Under the pieces are notes generated by a model. That model ran no database searches. It had not been told where the DNA came from and worked only from the letters and a program-made list of their open reading frames with translations. This document shows positions 55,801 through 64,000 of a stretch of 64,000 nt of DNA, piece by piece; the first letter of the stretch is position 1, and the number at the start of each line of letters is the position of its first letter. The DNA is from the human T2T-CHM13v2.0 reference genome, Homo sapiens: assembly GCF_009914755.1 (NCBI RefSeq), contig NC_060930.1; one strand, given 5' to 3'. The position numbers and the translations under genes are program-made.

Positions 55801-56585
55801 GAGAGCTACTGTCACATTGAATGGGTCTTGACTGATACTTCGCCTGATGTTCTTGACCGCTTGGTGCTTGGCTGGTGACTTCAAATTGGGCCACTGGAAG
55901 CAGAGATTCCAGTTGTGTCTCAGGATTTCAGAAGCAGAGATTCCAACAGATTCTAGCCTCCAATAGCCTGACCTCCTATTTGCTGTAAGTACCTGAGGAC
56001 GTGCATCATCTCTGTCCGTCTGCTATCGGGTAGCTGTTACCTTTAATCACTTGCAGCTGGGAAACTGGTAATTTATACATCAACTCAAAGGGGAGAATGA
56101 GGGAGAATAAGATGACCAGCAGCAGTGACTAACTGTATGCCAGGTCCTGCTGTAGGCGCTAGATCCTCAGCAAGTCATCTGAGGTTCTCCGTGAGCCCAG
56201 GAGGAGGCCACTAGCATTATCTCCACTAGGACAAGAGAAAGCTGGGGCACAGAGACCTTCAGTGTCTCACTCAGTGTCACAGGTACAAGTGGCAGGGCCA
56301 AGATAGAGACTGAGGCAGTTTGGCACCAGAACTTTTCTTCTAACCACAGCCCCCGACTGCCTCCCTAAAGCATTCATTTGAATTTCTCCTGTCATCAAAG
56401 GGGGCTCAGGCTGTGGAAGGAGGGAAAACATAGGCTTAGCTCTGGCTTTGGACAGAATACGTGGCTATCTATAAGTTTCCAGAACTGAAGATCTGGAGAA
56501 AGGCTCACTAGTAGGGGAACCAGTCAACTGAGTGCCCAAGCCTAGACAATATTAAACCTTATGAATACTGGCACAGCAGGAATAG

Positions 56586-56934
<349 letters not shown>

Positions 56935-59585
56935 ACCGTGGCTTTCTTGATTCCTATTCCAGTGCTCTTTCCCCTGTTTAATACTTTCTGCCCTAACATG
57001 CATGTCTTCAACAACTCTCTAACTGGTACGCCTTGTCATCACCCTCCTATACTCCTTAAACTCCCTGCCCAATACTCTACAGCCATTAGAGTCACTCCTT
57101 ATCTGCTGTCTCCAGAACACCTTTGCAAAAAGTTGTACTTTACACCTAGGAAAAAAGGCCCTTGGATATTCTATTGTCTGCACTGATTGAGGCAACGAGA
57201 AAGCTAATGGAAATAGTGGATCTTGAGATGAACAAGACATACCCCTAATTCGTAAGACACCCGAGGTCTAGTGGAAAAACAAATCCCTAAAGCAGTAGTA
57301 AAACCGCAGTCATGATAAAATGGTAAGTCTGGTGACTGGGAGGTAAAGGGGGAAGCACTGGGAAGGGCATGAAGTCCAACCTGGGCTGACCAGGGAAGGC
57401 TTCCTGGAAGAGGCGAGTGTTGAAATGCATGAGTATGAACCAGGCAAAGACTGGAGGAAACACAGAATCCCGTGGACGTAAGAAACAACATCAACGTGGA
57501 GGGAAAACCAGCAGTTTGGTGCCACTGGGGCACACATATAGAAGAGCAAAAGCCAAAGCAGGGACTGGGTCACAGAGGCCCTTGTGTGTCATTCCAAGGG
57601 TGTGGACTTTCTTCAGTCAATTGGGGGAAGCCTTAGAAAGTGTTTTCAGTAGAATAGGACATGGGGAAATGTGTTCACATAGGTTATTTAGCTTTCAGCA
57701 ATGTAAAAGTGTTCACTGCATTGCAACTTTAACAAATCTAATTTTTCTTTAATTCGTATTAAATTATTTATAATTAATAAAGATCTGTTCAAGATTTAAT
57801 ACATTTCTGATCTTATTCTGATGTTAAATAGGACCTTTTACCCTTTCTCTTCTTTAAAAAGTTAAAAATCTAGAAAGACCTCGAGAGGTAAGTACAGTCA
57901 TTTACAATCGTCTCTTTCTACTTGAAAACTTGCATGTACATGAGGTAGTTGAGGGTCCATATGATGCCAGCTTATCTGTTTATTGAGACCTAATTATAGT
58001 TAAAAATTGGATGCAGTACTTAAACAATGAGGCTTGTTAAGAACGTTGTATTGAGAATAGTAATTTCAATAATAATAAATATGATGATAATTTTGTTTTT
58101 TAATTCAATGGATGTTTAAAATTCACCATAGAGTAACAATTTAAAAATTAACTCAATACATTATTGAACTCAATACAATTGATTTTAAAAGTTATTGTTC
58201 TCTAAGCTCTAAGTAATCAAGTTTTTCTCTGTACTTCCTATATCTTAAAGCTTCTTTAAATATATATATATAGAGAGAGATTTGGGGAGGCATCAGAAAT
58301 CTTTACCCAGAACTTCAAGGAGCCAAAACTAGTTAGAATTATATGTCAACACATCTGAAATGTCAACACATTTTTTTTTTTGCGATAATTTTCTGTGATT
58401 TGGAATCCTGATTGGGAAGTAATTTTTAGTATTCCATTTTTTTAAGTGTTTGCTTTCAAAGAGAATTTTGCCCTTGAGAGTTTCTTAAACCAGTCAAATT
58501 CTCCAAGAGTAGAAAACATGTGATACATCCAAGTTGCGTGCTTATTTCTCCAGGGTCTCAGCTTCCTCTCAGAAACGCACACTCTGGTACTGAACCTTCT
58601 GAAACTGTCAGGTTTTTTTTGCATACACGGGCTTATGTTTTCACACCAGTTCATAGATTGGGCGGAAGATGGCACTTCTGCCATCTCTATTTTGATAGAA
58701 CAGAATGGCATGTGGGCGAGTGATGTGGGGGACTGGGTGTGACTCTTTGCCATCCTTATATACAGAATCAGGGTAGAGTTCCTGCGCTTCTCCTGGGGTA
58801 GGGAAGCAAGTCATGGGTGTTTTACAGCCTGACTTTCTGGTAGTTACTTTTCCAACAATAAAAAAATATTCTGGGGTGGGGTGGGGAGAGAGGAAGCAGG
58901 AAGGAGAATGAAATCTTCCATTTTAAAATTAACTAAGTTAAGATGATTTTTTTTTCTTAGGAAGAAGCAACAGGATTGTACCCACCTATAACGAGAAAGC
59001 TTAACTTACTGACATATTCTCATTGCTGAAGACTCTGTCTGAATGAGGATTTCAATCTCAAGTCTAGGATGTGATTTCATCTGGTAAATGTCTTATGGAA
59101 GGCTGAGGAGCAGCCTAATGAGGTACTGCTGAGTTGGGAGGAGGTGGGAGGAGCTGAGAGGGCTATCTGGACTCACTTCCCTCAAAATGAAACCTTGATA
59201 TTTTCAAAGCTTGTGTCCCTGGAGCCCTCACTTGGGTTAGGGGGAGACCCCTGATTTTCTTTATTCATGCTAGGGATGGTAATACCTTGTTCTCTAGGTC
59301 CTGGGCTTTCTAAAGAAGATTATTTTTAGCTCTAAAGTTAAATGACACATTGTTTGGGGGAGGAGGGGAGATCCTTTGATGGGGTCCTTTAAAAGAGTGC
59401 CCCACCCCCAACGCTGTCCTCTTGCCTTGGCAGGACCTCTTGGCAGGACCTGTCTGAGTACTTTGGACAAAGACAGTAAGCATCATTGCTTCTGTTTGCG
59501 GCTAGTTTTTCTTTCTGTTTCCAGGTGAAGGGGAGAGGCAGGTACGGAAGAAGCGCATCTGTAGCTAAGAAAGAAATACACTGAC

Positions 59586-59737
59586 CCCATTTCCAGTGGT
59601 TGAGCTTCTCTCCAAGTAGGTAGATGCTGGCGATGAAGACGTAGCTGAGAGAGAAGAAAGCTGCTAGACCCAAGAGGCTGAGTTTGGCAAACACAGGATA
59701 CACCCAGGTACCCGTCTCAAAGTAGAGCCATAGGATG
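59586..59737 (-). CDS. ADTRP: ADTRP penultimate coding exon (152 nt), ILWLYFETGTWVYPVFAKLSLLGLAAFFSLSYVFIASIYLLGEKLNHWKW
   Basis: Minus-strand acceptor cttcttatttcctgcAG (AG at 59739-59738) and donor GTCAGT at 59585-59580. Length is 1+50 codons+1 nt. The hydrophobic translation matches the recalled C-terminal TM region of ADTRP. Confidence 0.96.
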
Positions 59738-59964
59738 CTGCAGGAAATAAGAAGTCGTGGTGGTTATAGCAGGAGGAGAAAAACAAGCCATTTTCTCATC
59801 AGGATTAATGAGGTACTGGTACCCAGGCAGGGGAAGAGAACCCATCAGGGACGTTTGTCAACAGCTGTAGTATTCCCACAAACCTAAAGAAGTGAGGCTT
59901 TTCTGGGTAAATCAACTTGATTCAATAAGACATGCTGTTTGATGGGCTGGGCTGGGCTGTTTTA

Positions 59965-60449
<485 letters not shown>

Positions 60450-60864
60450 CTAAGCCAGAGAAGTGGGGTTTGCTTTTTTGGATCTAAGAATCAGGTGCAG
60501 CTTTCCCTTAGCTCTCCAAGTCTGCGGGGATGAGGGAGCAGAGATGGAGCGTTATTGCCCTAACACAATATGCCTAGGATTTAACTGTCGGCCCTGATTT
60601 TCACTCATGCATATAGCCATAAATAGAGTGTTAGGCAGTAATGCATGGATTTGCAGGGAGGCTCAGATCTTGCTTATGTGAGGATAGGCTGTAAGTCATT
60701 TCTGGAAGCCGAGAGAAGGAAAAGAAATGCTAGGAGAAGAGCCATAATGTCTAAGTGAAGCCTAAAAATGCAGTTTGCTGGAAACCAACTGCACTGGAAG
60801 GTGCCAAAGTCTGAAATAACTTTAAAAAATTAAATGTGGGGAAGCTGATGCATCAGCTACAGTT

Positions 60865-61100
60865 CATCATTGGTTAGGAGCACAGAATCTGGAACTGGGC
60901 TTCTGTGATTCAAACCCCAGCTCTGCCACCTAGTAGCTATGTTACCTCCAGCAATTTCATCAACCTTTCTGTCCCCATCTCCTCAATGTGTAAAGTGAAG
61001 ATCCAAACAGCATACACCTTCTAAGGCTGTTGTAAAGATTACGGGAGTTAACACATGTAAAAGACACAGAACAGTGCTTGGCACATTGTAATATTTGACA
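60865..61100 (+). mobile_element. MIR
   Basis: MIR core ttcaaaccccagctctgccacctagtagct...acagtgcttggcacat. Confidence 0.75.
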
Positions 61101-61942
61101 AGAGTTCAAAAGCTTCCATCTCCACTGAGGGATGGCACAATGGGAGTGCTCTCAGAAAGCCTTCTTTGAAGCTGCTGATCTCTTGTAGCAATTAGGATAG
61201 GCCAGGTTATGCTTCAAAAACAATATTTAAATTTGAATATCCCACGTTGTCAAAGGAATTCAGATGGAAGAATGAAATTCTGTGCTTAAACTTTCAGAAA
61301 CCCAAGGGTGATCTCTGTCATTTCAAATACTTGAAGTTTGTTAAATGGTTTGTGGAAGAGTCAAGGGCTATATTCAGGACCGGGAGTAGGGTGAAGCAAG
61401 AGAGGCCCTAGGGTGTAAAACTTAAGGGATCATCTCTGCAACAAAGGACACAATAAACAGTGTGAAAAGGCAGTCCATGGAATGGGAAACAATATTTCTA
61501 ATCATATCTCTAATAAGGGGTTAATATCCAAAATATGTAAAATATTCCTGTAACTCAACAATAACAAAAAACCCAAATAACTCAATTAAAAATGGACAAA
61601 GGACTTGAATAGACCTTTTACAGAGAAGATACATAAAAGGCCAACAAATGCATGAAAGGATGTTCAACATCACTAATAACTAGAAGAAATGCAAATCAAA
61701 ATGACAGTGAGATATTGTCTTACACTCATTAGGATGGATACTATATTTTTTTTAAAAAGACAAGATAACAAGTGTTAGTAAGGACATACAGAAATTGGAA
61801 CCCTTGTTCATTGTTGGTAGGAATGGAAGATGGTACATCTGCCTTGGAAAACTATATGGTGGTTCTCCCCAAAATTAAAATAGAATTACCATCTGATCCA
61901 GCAATTCCACTTCTGGGTACACACCCAAAAGAACTGAAAACA

Positions 61943-62161
61943 TGGCTAACATGGTGAAACCCCATCTCTACTAAATATACAAAACATTAGCCAGGCGTGG
62001 TGGCAGGTGCCTGTAGTCCCAGCTACTTGGGAGGCTGAGGGCAGGAGAATGGCATGAACCTGGGAGGCAGAGCTTGCAGTGATTGGAGATCGCGCCACTG
62101 CACTCCAGCCTGGGCGAGAGAATGAGACTCTATCTCAAAAAAAAAAAAAAAAAAAAAAAAA
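61943..62161 (+). mobile_element. 5'-truncated AluY
   Basis: Y diagnostics (ggagaatggc.tgaacc, gagcttgcagtg), long A-tail, TSD gaactgaaaaca/gaattgaaaaca. Confidence 0.92.
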
Positions 62162-62496
62162 GGAATTGAAAACAGGGATCTGAAGAGATATTTGTACACC
62201 CATGTTTATAGCAGCATTATTCACAATAGCCTGAAGGTGGAATCTCCCCAAGTGCCCACTGATAGATGAATGGATAAATAAAATGTGGCTTATACATAGG
62301 CATTAAGAAGGAAGAACATTCTGACACATGCTACCACACAGATCAACTTTGAAGACATGGTAAGTGAAATAAACCAGTCGTAAAAGGACAAATACTGTAT
62401 AATTCCATTTATATGAGAAACCTAGAATGTCAGATTCATAGAGGGAGAAAGTAGAATGGTGCTTGCCATGTGGTTGCGGGAGGAGGCAGCGGGGAA

Positions 62497-62905
62497 TGCT
62501 ATCTATGGTTTCAATATGGTTTGTTTGTTCGTACCAAAACTCATGTTGAAATTTGGTCCTGCGTGTGTTGGTGTTGGGAGGGGGAGCCTAGTGGGAGGTG
62601 TTTGGGTCATGGGGTTGGATCTCCTAAGAATGGTTTGACGCTGTTCTTGTGATAGTAAGCTCTAGAAATGGATTTTTTCTATGAGAATGGGTTGTTATAA
62701 ATCTAGGGTGCCCCTCAGGTTTTGCCCTTTTCACACGTGTCCATTTCCCCTTTGATCTTCTCCACCACATTGTGAGGCAGCAGTAAGGCCCTTGTCGGCA
62801 GCCAGGGCCATGCCCTTGAACTTCTCAGCCTGCAGAATATGAACTAAATAAACCTCTTTTCAATCTCTGATATCCTTTTATAGCAACACAAAATGGACTG
62901 AGCCA
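62497..62905 (+). mobile_element. MSTB1/MSTC-type MaLR LTR
   Basis: aaaactcatgttgaaattt...gtgggaggtgtttgggtcatggg...tagcaacacaaaatggact. Confidence 0.8.
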
Positions 62906-63277
62906 GGGAGTTATTGTTTAACGGGTAGACTTTCAGTTTGGGAAGATGTAAAAGTTCTGGAGATGGATGGTGGTGATGGATGCACAACAAGGTAAATGTA
63001 CAAAATGCTACAGAGCTTAAAAATGATCAAAATGGTAAATCACTTAAAATCGTTAAAGTTGTAAATATTGTGTACCTTTTACCACAATTTAAATGTATCT
63101 AAGGAGGTGTCAATTTTAGGGTCATATAAATGTAGGGTTGGCATTTAGTTCCTCGCCTGGGCCCTGCTGGTATCACTCTGCTTTCCCAAACTTGTCTGGA
63201 TGTTCCTCCCAGATTGAGAATGAGGTGACTAGAACAAACAATAATTATCATCATTGTTACTAATATTAGAATTCTTT

Positions 63278-63565
63278 TTCTTTTTTTAGATGGAGTCTCA
63301 CTCTGTTGCTCAGGCTGGAGTGCAGTGGTGCAATCTCGGCTCACTGCAAGCTCCGCTTCCTGGGTTCAGCGATTCTCCTGCCTCACCCTCCCGAGTAGCT
63401 GGGTTTACAGGCGTGCGCCACCATGCCCAGCTAATTTTTGTATTTTTTGTAAAGACAGGGTTTCACCATGTTGGTCAGGATGGTCTCAAACTCCTGACCT
63501 TGTGATCCGCCCACCTCAGCCTCCCAAAGTGCTGGGATTACAAGCATGAGCCACCATGGCCAGCC
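63278..63565 (-). mobile_element. AluS
   Basis: Antisense dimer; TSD tagaattcttt/tagagttcttt. Confidence 0.93.
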
Positions 63566-64000
63566 TAGAGTTCTTTAAGATATGCGTTCCATGGATGCAT
63601 TACAGGATGCCCACAGTGATTCTTACCTGCATGGCTACTTCTCATGGCAGGACAAAGAAGGTATATGGCATAGAAAATAAACAGTTTCAAGTAGATAGGG
63701 CTAGGAGTTTGGAGTCAGTGAGGAGCTCTGAATGTACTCCAAAAAGTTGCATCACTTAGTTCACTTTGTTTACTTTATATAGTTGAAATTAGGGCTTCTG
63801 AATTCCCATGCACATTTATGTAAGATAGTCTATAAATAAGGACATCCCCCCAGAGGCTTGGAAAATTTCTGTTTACTTCATGTTTGTTTCCTTCAGCATA
63901 AGGCTTGTAAAAGAAAGTTCCCGAGGTAAGCTAATGAATTGTGTACTTTCACAGATAAAGTGTAAGGAAAGTTATAGGTGTGGTACCTGACAGTAGGAAA

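Larger units (their letters stand above)
61432..63095 (+). mobile_element. L1MA/MB 3' region, interrupted by AluY and an MST LTR
   Basis: ORF2 C-terminal and 3'UTR motifs continue across both insertions. Confidence 0.85.

Noticed and set aside
59116-59818. 13-mer taatgaggtactg repeated on both sides of the exon
   Set aside because: A 13-mer repeat at this spacing is expected by chance in a 64-kb window.

Overview
Primate (very likely human) genomic DNA with no prokaryotic features. About 50 kb is repeat-dense intergenic sequence, followed by the 3' end of ADTRP (C6orf105; AIG1/ADTRP family, 6p24 from recall) on the minus strand. The penultimate coding exon is 59586-59737 (152 nt) and the last exon starts at 50758, with its stop at 50724-50726. 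The ~0.8 kb 3'UTR ends at tandem AATAAA signals near 49917-49937. The rest is Alu, L1, L2/MIR, MaLR and ERVL LTRs, two solo HERV-K-class LTRs (LTR22, MER9) and DNA-transposon fossils (near-complete Cheshire, Tigger3a, MADE1, MER5, MER63). Almost all ORF-track entries are spurious. I found no convincing new biological system. The best leads are: candidate ADTRP isoforms that would drop a C-terminal KKxx motif; an Alu with an inverted left arm inside one TSD; two dispersed ~80-95 bp duplications with exon-like boundaries; and several perfect palindromes. Repeat subfamily names come from recalled consensus sequences, and many repeat boundaries are approximate.
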